Part shown: in pieces, positions 23,464-42,798 of the stretch
Numbering within the stretch: the stretch's first letter is position 1
Layout: each line of letters opens with the position of its first letter
Assembly: GCA_965112735.1 (NCBI GenBank)
Contig: OZ218961.1
Span: 3,100,001-3,164,000, forward strand
Length of the DNA stretch: 64,000 nucleotides
Direction of reading: 5' to 3'
From: Phaeosaccion multiseriatum
Lineage: Eukaryota; Protista; Ochrophyta, other classes
Translations under genes and position numbers: made by a program
Notes under the pieces: generated by a model
Databases searched by the model: none
What the model was told of the DNA's origin: nothing
Seen by the model: only the letters and a program-made list of their open reading frames with translations

Positions 23464-23682
23464 ATCAGCACGTGTTGTCCCGCCGCCTGCAAGCTCCAGC
23501 ACCGCCGGCACGATTCTCCACACGTATCTTGATCCGATCCACACAATCTCCTTCCCTTGTTGCTGTGCTATTGTTTGTTTTTCCCTTAGAGTAGAGCGCT
23601 ACTCTACGGGAAAAAAAGAAAGAAAAAAAACAAACAAAAACTCGTGCTTTAGAGAGTGTTGGTTCTCCACCCAAACTCACAG

Positions 23683-24804
23683 ATGAGCGATCGCGATCCG
23701 GATGCCTTTGGGGTAAACAATTTGGGTGACAACGACAACAAAATGCTGATGATGAGAGCGATTTCGCTGAGGGGGGTGGTCAGAATCTGCTACTCCTCCT
23801 CCCTTGGCAGGCATAGAAATGGACCCGCTGCAGGTGGAGGCGCCGCTGCTGAACGGCGTACTGACTCCTCTCTCCATCACCAGAAGCAGCTGCAGCAGCA
23901 ATGGTCCTGCTACTCAGATTGGGGAAGTGAAAAGTCGAGGCAGACACAGCTCCTGAAGGAGATTCAAGATCTGGGGAGGAGCAAGGAATGGAAGGAGGTT
24001 GCACCTACTCTAGAGCGCGCACGGCGAGAGGGCCTCAGGCCTAATCGGTACTGTTTGAATGCTGCGATTTCCGCGCTTGGGAGGTGCGCGCGGTGGAGGG
24101 GCGCTTTGGCTCTTCTGACTGAGATGAAGGAGCAAGGGCCCACTCCGGATGTGTACAGCTACACCGCCGCCATTGATGCATGTGCCAAGGCTGGCCAACA
24201 CATCGGTGCTTTGGGTTTGTTGATGGAGATGAAGGCAGAAGGACCCGCTCCGAATGAAAGGAGCTACACCGCCGCTATTCACGCGTGCGCCAAGGCCGGT
24301 CAAAATATTTATGCATTGGACCTCTTAACGAAGATGAAGGAGGATGGACCCGCTCCAGATCTGTGGAGCTACAATGCCACCATTGATGCATGCGCTAAGG
24401 CGGGTCAGCACGTGGATGCATTGGATTTATTGTTGGAGATGAAGGAGTACGGACCCGCTCCAGATGTATACACCTACACCTCCACCATTGATTCGTGCGC
24501 CAAGGCCGGCGAACACGTGGAGGCTCTGGGGTTGCTGAGGGAGATGAAGCAGGCGGGCCTCGTGCCAACTCTGCCCAGTCTCTGCACGGTGCTGCGTGCG
24601 TGTGCTGAGGCGGGGCAGTACGAAATAGTGCAGAAGCTGGGGCTGGAGATGGTCAAGAGGTGCCATAGCGACGCACCCGACAAGCTCTGCCTCCAGAGGG
24701 TCAAACATTCGATGCGCAGTGCGGCATACGGGGACGAGACGGCGGAGAGGGTGACAGAGAGTCTGATCAGTGCAGCAGTGCACGGCAGAGAGAGAGTACT
24801 GTGA
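23683..24804 (+). CDS. Short P-class PPR protein, intronless
   Basis: About 6 PPR repeats, e.g. VYSYTAAIDACAKAGQHIGALGLLMEMKAEGPAPN. Alternative start at 23743 (MLMMRAISLRGVVRICYSSS) looks like a mitochondrial presequence. Confidence 0.88.
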   Translation: MSDRDPDAFGVNNLGDNDNKMLMMRAISLRGVVRICYSSSLGRHRNGPAAGGGAAAERRTDSSLHHQKQLQQQWSCYSDWGSEKSRQTQLLKEIQDLGRSKEWKEVAPTLERARREGLRPNRYCLNAAISALGRCARWRGALALLTEMKEQGPTPDVYSYTAAIDACAKAGQHIGALGLLMEMKAEGPAPNERSYTAAIHACAKAGQNIYALDLLTKMKEDGPAPDLWSYNATIDACAKAGQHVDALDLLLEMKEYGPAPDVYTYTSTIDSCAKAGEHVEALGLLREMKQAGLVPTLPSLCTVLRACAEAGQYEIVQKLGLEMVKRCHSDAPDKLCLQRVKHSMRSAAYGDETAERVTESLISAAVHGRERVL

Positions 24805-25270
24805 CCTCGCTGGAGGAGGGGAAGGTCTAGAGACACCCAAGCGAGCATTGAGCTGAGCGTCGAAGGAAGGACTCCCTCCAAGCACCTCCACACCACCCCA
24901 AGCGGCTGAGAGGGAGTGCCGGCCGCAAGGGGGGGATATTGCCTGGGCCAAGGCCGGGCCAGCGCAGGAGGCACGCACAGGGCGCAGGGTGGATTGCTGT
25001 CCTTCGCTAAAGGAGGAGAGGTGGAGGGAAAGCACACAGAGTGGCCATGGCCGGCATACTTCCAAAAAATACATATATACAGTCCTGCACAGAGCAGGAA
25101 TGCCCGTTCCTCCCGGGGGGCGGCAACGCGCTAATTAACTGACACTGGAACTGAAACAGAGCAGTGCGAGGAGCGCACACTACTTACAGTACTTTGCTGT
25201 GTCACTGAAGGCCTGCCACGCGCAAAGACAAGGCCCGATTGCGATGGAGAGAGAGAGAGATGGGGGGGGG

Positions 25271-28118
25271 TCAGCTGCTGTACAGGGCCGCCCCCAGCTC
25301 TTCAGACGCTGTAGCCACGAGAGGGTGTGCGCTCAGCAGGCGGCATTCCACTGAAACTGCCCTGTCGCCCCCATGTTCGCGCCCTCTCTCGCCCGTCGCA
25401 CGCTCTATCGCCGGCTGCTGCTGCTGCTCCTCCTCCTCCTCCTCCTCCCTGTCCCCTCTCCCCACCCTCTCTACTCGGTACCGGTAAAGAATGCCTTCCG
25501 CCCCGGACAGCGCCAGCAACACCTCGCCCCCCTCGTCCCGCCCCCCCTCATCCTGACGCCCCTCCCTCTCCTCCGCCCCCTCCGTGACGAGCGCGCACAG
25601 GCTGACGGACGCCGCGATGGACACTCGGCCGTGCAGAGGTGCGGCTGAAACTGAACCTGAAACTGAGCCTGAATCTGCCCCTGAGCCTACTCCTGCCCCT
25701 CCTCCTGCCTCGGAGAGCGCGGTTGAAGCCCCCGCCGCCGGAGAGGAGGCCAGCGCCGCCGCCGCCGCCACCGCTGCTGCTGCTGCTGCCCCACTGCCGC
25801 TGCTGCCACTACCCCCCCGGGGGAGGCGGGCATGGGCGAAGGATCTGGAGGGGGGTATGGACAGACAGAACGAGAGAGACCACAACACATATGAGCACAA
25901 GACGGACACGACGCTTTGTCACTCACGCGAGCCCCGCCCCCCCCCCTTGCACTTGCAGTTCGCCTCTCCCTTTGGTTCCTCCAACCCCTCCACCGACGGT
26001 TTCAAGTGCGGTTACGGAGCTGGGGGCCATATCAGTGCAGTGCCTCGCACACCCACCCACACACACACAAACACACATGGCCACTGACCTCTCTGCATCA
26101 ACGAAGTCGCTGACTCTGCCGGGCAGCAAAGTCCTGACACCCTGCACGCCGCTCCTCACCCCCTCCAGCGAGCGCAACGCCCCCCAGCACAGGCCGGCTC
26201 GGAGCCCCGCAGTCACGCCCGTCGCGTACCGCAGCAGCTCCCCGCCTCCGGATGCCCACCCCCCGTCCCGACACCGGGCACCCCCGCCTTGAGCGTCGCC
26301 GCTGGTGCTTCTATTGCCCTTGCTACCATCGCACTCTCCTCCCCGATCGGCCGCGCTTTTCCGCCGCCCCTTCTCCTCCTGCCACGCGCTCTTTCCCTTC
26401 TTCCCATTGGCCTCCCCCTTCCCCTTTCCCTTCCTCCCGTCCGTCCCCCCCTCTCCTCCTCCTCCTCCTCCTCCTCCTCCTCCTCCTCCTCCTCCTCCTC
26501 CTCCTCCTCCGTCGTTGCCCTCTCCCCTCCCAAGCCCGATGCCCAGAGGACTGCTACTACTGCTGGTGCCGCTGCTCCAACTCCTGCCCCTGGCTCCTCC
26601 GCCTCCCCCCTCCCTCCTACCCGCCGCACAAGCCGCTGCCTGCAGGTCAAACACGTGCACCGTCCGCCTGTCGCTCGAACAAGCCAAGTGGGTGGAGGCA
26701 CCGTTGAAGGCGAGCGAGTGCACGCGCGCACCCACACTGCCTCTTCGCAGAGTGCATAGCTTACCGCCCTGCGGCACGGAGAAGACACGAATCACGGTGC
26801 CGTGCTCGGAGGCCGTGGCAAGCATGCGGCCGTCGGGGCTGAAGCTCAGCGCGACTACTCTTCCCTGACTGGCCACCACCTTGTTGAGCACCGATAGGCT
26901 CAGCGCGTCGTAGAAGATCACCTCTCCTTTGGCCGCCTCATCTGGTACCCCTCCTCCTCCTGTCCCTCCTCCTCCGTCTCCTCCTCCTCCTCCTCCTCCT
27001 CCTCCTCCTCCTCCTCCTCCTCCTCCTCCTCCTCCTTCTCCTCCTCCTCCTTTCCCTCTCCCCCCTCCTCCTTCGAGTACAGGCACATTGGGGAAGGCCA
27101 GAAAGTTGTTGAAGGAAGAGGAGGAGGGGTTGTCCGTGCCGAAACTGAAACTGCCATGACGCTCGTCCAAGCCACCCCCGTTCGACAGAGCATTGCCGCT
27201 GCTGCTGCCGCCGCCGCTGAGGAGGCCCTCGCCACTACCGGGGGGGGAAGAGAGGGCGAGCACGCCGCCGTTGGGAGACGTCTGCAGCTGCTGGAGACAC
27301 TGCCAGAGGCGCACGGGGGGGGGGGGGGCAAGAGCCGAAGGATGAAGGAGCGTTACGCGAGGAGCGTGAGTGTGCTAAACTGACAGAGCTCGAAACCACC
27401 TGAGCTTCTAAGTATTGTGCATGTGGTTGCGAGCTAATATGAGCTTAGCACATGAGGCAGGCAAACGGGCCGACACGACAAGTCAGGCATACCGAGCGTA
27501 CCGGGGGTCGACACACATTAACACGCAAATAAGTTAAGTACAGTTACCTTCATTCCGTCAATGTCAAAGATGTGAATCTCGCTCTCGAGGCCGATCACCA
27601 CGCGCTGCTTGTTCAGCCGTACAGACAGGATGGCCGTGGGGAAGTTGAGCTGCTCCGAGCACCGCCGCAGGAAGGGAGGGAGGGAGGGAGGGAGGAGGAG
27701 CGAGTGAGGCGGCGCTCTGATGCTCTCTCTGTGAGATGGTGACTGTGAAAGAGGACCTCGTTCCTGCGCCCGCTCCCTCCTTCAATGTCGCCCTCTCTCC
27801 CCCTCTCAACCTTACCTCTTGCAGTCTGCCGTTTTTGGTCTCCACCAGGCGGAGGTTCCTGGGGCTGAAGGCGGGCCGCTCCCCGCCGCCGACTAGTGCC
27901 ACCAAGCTGCTTCGAAAGAGCATCTCCACGATTCCCACCCCCCCGCTGCGAGACTCGTACACCTGTCGGAAGGGGTAGCACGAGTAGATGCGATAGCCAT
28001 CGTGGAAGCCCACGGCAAGGCACGTAGAGTCCTGGTTGAACCTGTAGTACAGAATGGTTGGAGGCTCGCTACTGCTGCTCCTGCCGCCGCTTACTCCCTC
28101 GCCATTGCCAGTGGACAT
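25271..28118 (-). CDS. ATG18: ATG18/WIPI PROPPIN beta-propeller autophagy protein
   Basis: Exons 28118-27816, 27649-27548, 27299-26089, 25844-25271 are phase-compatible. Motifs FNQDSTCLAVG, IVEMLFRSSLVALVG, LATASEHGTVIRVF, phosphoinositide-binding LRRG, SSDRRTVHVF. Confidence 0.92.
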
Positions 28119-28521
28119 CCTTGGGAAGGAAGAAGACCTCCCCGGGCTCAATGATGCACTGCCTACTCAGCGTACGGAAGAAGAGGGGGGATTTCACAAG
28201 CGGAGCGTCATCGGGGCAGCGGGAGCCAGATCATTCGGGGCATTACGGATAGAGAAAGAGAGACAGGGGAGGGGGAGGGGGGTTTGTTTCCATGTTGGAC
28301 ATACACTATTACATTCACAAACTCACAAATGGGTTTCTTATCCGTTTTTTTCATCTTTTCTTATCAGCAGGAGGCGGGAGAGGAAAGAGGTCTGAAAGAG
28401 TGTAACACAATGACTGAGGCGCTTCAACGTTTCAACAACGCGTCGCTTCTCCAACTGGACGTCTCCTTGCCTCCCCCTCTCCATCTCCATCCTCCTCCCC
28501 CCGTCCCATCCTCAGCCTCCC

Positions 28522-29444
28522 CTACTCTCCACACTTCTGCCACTGCTGCAAAGCCGCTCCCGACGCTCCCTCCGCCCCCCCTCCCCCACGCAGCAAGTTT
28601 CCAGCGCCAGTGACGGGCTGCGGAGGGAGCACAAATTCGAGCCCCATGCGGTTCATAAGGACTGCCACACTCATGGACACTGCGGAAGGGAGGGAGGAGG
28701 GAGGAGGGAGGAGGGAGGAGGGAGGAGGGAGGAGGGAGGAGGGAGGAGGGAGGAGGGAGGAGGGAGAATGAAGGGAGGGAGGCGGGAAGCGGGAGGAGGG
28801 AGGCGGGAGGAGGGAGAGGGTGGAGGGGCAGAAAGGGGTTACAGAAGGCCTTACTTGCTGAAGTCCTAAAACTCAAACTCCTAGTGTGCAAGAGAAAAAG
28901 AGAAAGAGACGTCTCAAAACTCAAACTCCTCGTGTGCAAGACTGCCACTCACTGAAGTCTTGGTTGTCGAAGCGATGACCAAGGTCTTGCATGCTCTCTG
29001 CCTGCTCGTAGATGAGCAGCAGCTCCACATTGGCCGCGTGTCGGTAGTCGCGGAAGCGCAAATTGATCGACGCGGGGATGATGGAGATGGAGGGCAGCGG
29101 CCCCGTGGGCGAGTGCAGGCTGTACGGCTTGTTGACGGCCTTGGTGACTCTGTCCTTCAAACCCTTCAGCAGCTCGTCCCTCCGCTCCAGTGTGAAGGTC
29201 TTGGGGTTGACTGAGAAGCTAAGCAGGCACGTGGTATTGCCGCTGCGCCTTTGGTTACGGATCTCCTTCCTGGCCATCAGCTATGTGAGTGCGTGCGTGC
29301 GTGCGTGTGCGGGCGGGGGCAGGGGCGGGGCAGTGTTGGGGTGGGGTGGGGTGGTGTGGGGTGGGGTGGGGTGGGTTGCTTGACGGCGTAGTGGGGCGCT
29401 CACACGCGATGCGAGCTCGGAGCACAGCAGCAGACAAGAGTGAG

Positions 29445-29484
<40 letters not shown>

Positions 29485-30790
29485 AGAGAGACAGAGAGAG
29501 AGACAGACAGAGCGTATGGAGGGGGGGGAGGGAGAGAGAGAGCGAAAAGAGAGAAGAGAGAGCGCGAGCGGCGAGAGAGTGAAAAGCCCGCTGCACACAG
29601 CTTGATGCGTGATGAGCAGCGCAGATCCCTTACGTAAGTCCCTTACGTTGTTGGGGATGATGATATGCTCGTCGTTCCACTTCCTGAAGCAGGAGGAGAG
29701 CAAGTTGATGGCCTTGACGGTGCAGTTCAGCTCCTCGCCAGACTCCGACAGGAAGTGCACCCGGTCCCCCACTAGGGAGGGGATGAGGCAGAGTGTGAGT
29801 GTGAGGTCATGGGGAGGGGGGGGACAGGGGCAACAAAATGAGACGAAACGAGACGAGAAGGATAGATGGATACATACAGAGGACACGAAACGGACCGTCG
29901 TAGGCTCTGATGATGAAGATGAAGACGCACGACTCGCAGAAGGCTTGAGCAGAGGAGGAGAAGATAAAGCTGAAGGCCACGATTAATGTGATCCACGACA
30001 CAGTCAGCCCGGCGATATCCTGGTCATAGAGGAGGGAGGAAGGAAGAGGGTGGATGGCGTGTGTGAGGGTGTGTACTGTCTCTTGGTCAAGACAGGAAGA
30101 TGCCCCACTAACACACTGGCCGTGAGTGAGCTCTAGCTAGCTATGCAGGCGGGGGTAATCGCTCTGCTGTGCTCATACATGTTACCTGATTGAAGAGCCA
30201 CAGCGACACGAAGATGAGAACGATACCCGCCGCCACATTAAGGAGGGCGCCGAGCTTCTCCAGGATACTCTATAGGGTCAGGGTCAGGGTCAGGGTCAGG
30301 GTCAGGGTCAGGGTCAGGGTCAGGGTCAGGGTCAGGGTCAGGGTCAGGGTCAAGGTCAGGGTCAGGGTCAGGGTCAGGGTCAGGGTCAGGGTCAGGGTCA
30401 GGGTCAGGGTCAGGGTCACAGGGTCATGGTTATGGGCGGGGCTGGGAGGGACGACCGCACAACCAACTCCTGTACCTCGTAGTCCTGCAGGGTCAGACTC
30501 AGGCTCTTCCGCTGGCGATAGATGTCGACGATGCCTGCTGCGAATTGGTGTCGATTGAGCTCCTCGCAGCCCTTCCCGCCAAGCATCTCCATCACCTTCA
30601 CAGCAAGGGGTCTGACAGGCAGAAAAATGCGTGTGGGCATGCCCAGGGAATAGGCGTATGGGCAAGCACGAAGAGAGAGAGAGAGAAAGAGTGTGTGAGA
30701 GAGAGAGAGGGAGGGAGGGAGGGAGGGAGGGAGGGAGGGAGGGAGGGAGGGAGGGAGGGAGGGAGAAAGAGAGCGAGCGAGAGAGAGAAA

Positions 30791-30844
<54 letters not shown>

Positions 30845-33800
30845 GGTGGAAGGCAGGGCACAGAGCGAGGAGTACGAGGTCGTCAGCTGTGAATCTGCGA
30901 CGGATTCGAATGACGTGGGCAGGCACCGACCTGATCATGATGGGCTGCAGACTCGTGAGCTTCAGCACGGCCTCCGGAGCGGGGGGGGGCGACTCGCACT
31001 CTCGCTCCCGCTGTCGCCCTTGCTCTTGCTCTTGCTCTTGCTCTTGCTCTTGCTCTTGCCCTTGCCCTTGCTCTGTCAGCGTGCTTCCCTCATCCTCGTG
31101 GGCCTCCGCCTTGGTCTCGTCACTGCCCATGCCCATATGCCTCGATGGGATGGAGGGCTCGCTGTGTGTGGATCCCGCTGCTGCTGCTGCTGCTGCTGCT
31201 CCTGCTGCTGTATCACCAACTTCTCCAGCTTCTCCTGCCGTGGGACTCTGAGTGAGGACGGGGGGGAACATCTTCTTCAAGAGCTCCTTGCCCTTGGCCG
31301 TGGCCGCTTGGCTGTGGCGGTTGAGTGTCTCCAGGGGGTACAGGGGGTTGAGGTTGAGCAGTTCGTCAAGCATGTCCCCTGAAGAGTTGGGACGCTGTGC
31401 CGCCTTCCTCCCTGACGGACACTCGTCAACGAGGTACAGCTGGTCAAAGGGGAGGGATGGCAGTGGATGGGGGGGGGGGGGGAGGGGAGGGAGGATGGCA
31501 GTGGATGGAAGCGCATTGAGGGAGGAATGGGGGGATTACTGCGAGTGTGTGCGGGGGGGTTCCCCCTGAGTCGGTGTGGGACGAGGACAGAGCAGGGGGA
31601 GGGAACGAGATTCACTGACTTACGATCTTGTCAAAGAGGGCCTTTCCATACGCACGGGCACTTTTGGACGAGTCGATGGCCTCCGCGGGTATGGCTTCCG
31701 GATCCACCACTGACGTAAGGAAACATGAGAGAAGTATAAGGAGCACATAAGGGCAGAGCATAAAGGCGTGAGAACAGCACAGGTGAGAGACTTCGAAGGG
31801 GAGGGGGGGGCAGCAGCAGCAGTTGGTAATACAGGACTAAAAGGACTCGAATCCAATCATGGGCCCAATCGATGGACCCAATCAACGGCAGAGGGGCTGC
31901 CTCCTACACCTGCCTGACCCACTCACGCACTCACTCACGCACTCACATCCGGGGGACAGCTGCTCGAGCCTCTGCTCTGGTACGAAGCTGATAGCCTTGC
32001 TGATAGAGAAGAGGCTCATCTGCGAGGGAGGGAGGGAGGGAGGGAGGGAGGGAGGGAGGGAAGGGGTAAGAGTCACAGTGAGCAGAAGAGCAGGCAATGG
32101 GCCTGGCTGCGGTGTTTGAAAGGCAGCGAGGAGCTCAAGTGAGCTGAGTGACAAGGGAACAGGGGAAGAAGGACGAGAGAACAGAAAGAGGGATAGATAG
32201 ACGCGCACGTTTACGGCCAACTGATGCGAGCCGTGGATTGCCATCCTCCTCTTGACGCACCTCCTGGGGGGCGCTGCTCCTCTGGCGCTGATGCGGCCCC
32301 ATCCCGTCCTGAGCGAAGTAAAGCACAACGTACTGGTCGGCGTCGTTACGCTCCTGAGTGGCGGTCCACTGAAGTCAACGATCCCCAGGGGATGGGAGAC
32401 AGTCCGCGAGGGGGAGGGAGGTGATGGGGCAGGAGAGGAGAAAGCAGCCAAGAGGCAAAGAGAGGGGATGCGGCAAGCGCCTCAGTGCGGAGTGTCCAGT
32501 GAGGGAGGGGCATCTCTCTCTGCCTCTATGTCTCTCTCTCTCTCTTTGTGTGTGTGTGTGTCTCTCTCTCTCTCCCTCTCTCTCTCTGCCTGCCTGAGTC
32601 TGGCCCTGTGCCTCGCTAGCGTCAGCTCACCAGCAACCCCTAATATGTGCTAAGACTATCTTTAAGGACAGTTCAGTCAGTCAGTCTGTCAGTCTGTCAA
32701 TCAGTCAGTCAGTCAAGTCAGTCAGTCAGTCAGTCAGTCAGTCAAGTCAGTCAGTCAGTCAGTCAGTCAGTCAGTCAGCCAGATAGTCAATGACCTACCT
32801 CCGTCAGAATGAGCAGCACATACTGAGCGAAGATGGTGTCTCTCACGCGCGACAGATAGGGTCTCCACAAATTCTGGTGAGCAATCTCCAGCACGGCCAC
32901 ATCCTTCAGCAGGAACAGAGTGTTAAAGGCCACAAAGGTAGCCAGTAGAGAGTCTACAGGGCCGCCCTCTGAGGACCCAGTCAAGCCCCGCACCCAGTAC
33001 TTCCACGCCAACAGCACGGCCACCGACCAGATGAAACGGGCCACCTCGGCGTGGGCACGTACGAAAAAGTACACATGATTGACATGCATGAGGGGGGTGC
33101 GCTTAAGTAAGGAGGCGGTGGAGCGGCCAATGAGCTGGCAGAGGGGGTATGACGCGAGCATGAGGCCCACCAGTAGGGATACCACTCCCCAGCATGTGTT
33201 CCAGACGCTGTGGCAGGAGGAGGACGACGCCGAGGAGCCGGTGAGCACCGCCCCGGGTACAATAAAGACCAGTGACAGCAGCCAGGCCTTGGACAGCTCG
33301 CACGCGTCGAAGGCAGTAGATGTCACGGAGCCGAGACTCTTGAACTCGAAGTCGACATTCATGTCGGCGTCCTGCTCCTCTTCCGATAGCGATCGGCGGG
33401 CGGAGGCGTTGGAGGCCAGCACAGGACGGCTCTGTGAAGCATCAGTAGGGTCAGCGGTGCCCCAAGTCAGATCCGCCATGGGAGGCCGGAGTGCATCTTC
33501 CCCCACTCTGGTGACGGTGGGCGAGCCCCCCCGGGCAGCAGCAGCCGCCGCCGCGGCATCGGACACGGTAGTTGCCCCCTCCACGTGGTCTTGGAAGTCC
33601 TCCTCCATGGGCGTGTACTTTTCTTGGGTCAGGATGCCCAACAAGGCCCTCATTTGCTCGTTCTTAGCGGGCTTTGCCGTCGCACTACCCAGCAGGCTCT
33701 CACGCTGCCCCCTGCTGTCATCCGCGCTGCCGTCCGACGCCTGCCGCCGCCCGGCCTCCAAGCTCTCGTGCGAGGGGCTGCCCTGTGTGCTGGCCCTCCT

Positions 33801-34241
33801 TCGAATCACGCCCCGGCCTGCGACAGAGCGTATGAAGGACTTCCCGTGGGCGTGCCCCCTTGTTGGCGATGCCCCCCCTTGCCCTTGCCCTTGCCCTTGC
33901 CCCCCAATAGTCCCCATGGAGGCTTGCGTCTTGAAGGGCCTCCTACCCCCCGCATCCGAAGCGGTCCCCTCCCCACCCGATCCGGTAGTCATGTTTCCCA
34001 GAAAGGAGTGCGTAGACCACCCCGAAAAGGCTGCTGCTGCTGCTTCTGCCGCTTCTGTTGCTTCTGTTGCCTCATCTGCGTCTTCAACAAACCCTGATTC
34101 ATTCGCATCTACTGTCGACGCGTTCGTGGCAGCAGCAGCATCAGCAGTAGTAGCAGCAGTAGCTGTCGGGACGCCGGATACTGCTGTTTGTGACGGTGGG
34201 CCTGCTGTTGTTGGCGCTGCCGAGTCGTCGCCGCCTTCCAT
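28522..34241 (-). CDS. MscS-like (MSL) mechanosensitive channel, multi-exon
   Basis: First exon 34241-32799 has several TM helices. Later exons encode DSSKSARAYGKALFDKI, RKSLSLTLQDYE|SILEKL, FIFIIRAYD|VGDRV, IIIPNN and the terminal MGLEFVLPPQPV (exon 28679-28522). Some internal boundaries are approximate. Confidence 0.88.
30274..30424 (-). repeat. (CCCTGA)n array filling most of intron 30270-30475, directly upstream of the acceptor
   Basis: Plus strand reads (GGGTCA)n; a similar shorter array lies at 61575-61624. Confidence 0.95.
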
Positions 34242-34946
34242 TGGTCCTCGTGCCTCTGTTGGCGCTGGGGTGAGCGAAGAAGAAATGGGATTAAATCTCT
34301 ACCCGCGAGGCCCCTCCATCCTCCACTGCCTGGCCACCCCCCTGTCGCGGATTAACTGCCACAGACCCGGCCTCGCGCTCTGGCTTTGCACGCCCGCCCT
34401 CTCCTTCCCCTTTCTCCATGTCACAACGTCACAACCCTTCCCGGTTTAATGAAGCGCCGCCCACCTCTCTTCTTCTACCAGCCAACTCTATCCGCTTACC
34501 TTCACGGCTACTTCATCTCTTGTGTCATGTGGTCCTCACGCCGAGAGATAAATAAAAAATGAAAAATTTTGGTCGCTTTACAGACGTTCGGAACCGTCGT
34601 CGCCAAGTTGGAGCGATTCCAACACGCGAACTCCCCTCCCTCATACCCGCACACACACACACACACACACACTTTACATTCACACTTTCCGTTTCTTAGG
34701 TGATTCCTATTACCCTCACACTTTCAGTTTCTTAAACCAAAAACAGCAGCAAGACTAAGGGGGGGCGTGCGGGAAAACAGCAGCTCATCTCCTCCGCATC
34801 TCCTCGACGACTCTGTTGATCGACTGTTGATCGATTCTTATTGGGGTAGGATACTCGTAGGCGATTCCGTAGGCGATTCCGGCGTACACGAGAGGAAGAA
34901 ATCCCCAATCCCACCCCTCGACTCTGTTGATCGGTTGTTTGTTGCC

Positions 34947-42200
<7,254 letters not shown>

Positions 42201-42798
42201 CCTGCAATGGCTGCAGCTCAAAGATGCCCTGTTGCTGCCAGAGGCCCGTTGTTCCGTGTGAAGGCATAGGAGGAGCAAGGTGGAGAAGAAAGAGAAGAAA
42301 AAAAAAGCGCTAAATTTACAATTTACTTTTGGTTGACGTCGTCGCCAATCACCAAACCGAACAACCAATGCAGCGTTACAGAATCCTGAGAGATCAAAAC
42401 CTCCCTCCGGCCAGCTTACAGCGCAGCGAAGGACAAGCAGAGAAGGAAGTGACCAGGTTCGAACCTTCTCTTGCTCCCCCTTCCTTTGAAATTATCATTT
42501 TCTATCCCCTCGTTGTCTCTCTTCTCGTTGATCTCTCTTGTTTTCCCGTTCCGTGCCCTCTCTGTTCGCTCCACATCTCCTTCCCCAACCCCTCTCCGCT
42601 GCTGACCTCACACTCTTTCCTTTCCCTCTCCGCTCTTCCCGCCATCGAAGAGGGCAGAGAGTTCCGTTTTTGGCCGCCTCGTTATTTCCATAGATCTATA
42701 ACTTCTATGGTACCCCTATCACCGCCGTTCTGTCCTTTCTTCCAGTCCGCTTCCTTTCAAAGAGAGGACCAGGAGTAGAAGCAGGAGTGGCGTCGGCA

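Noticed and set aside
30274-30424. (GGGTCA)n as a true telomere or chromosome fusion scar
   Set aside because: It sits inside an intact intron of a continuous gene and is not TTAGGG; kept only as a branch-point-like array.
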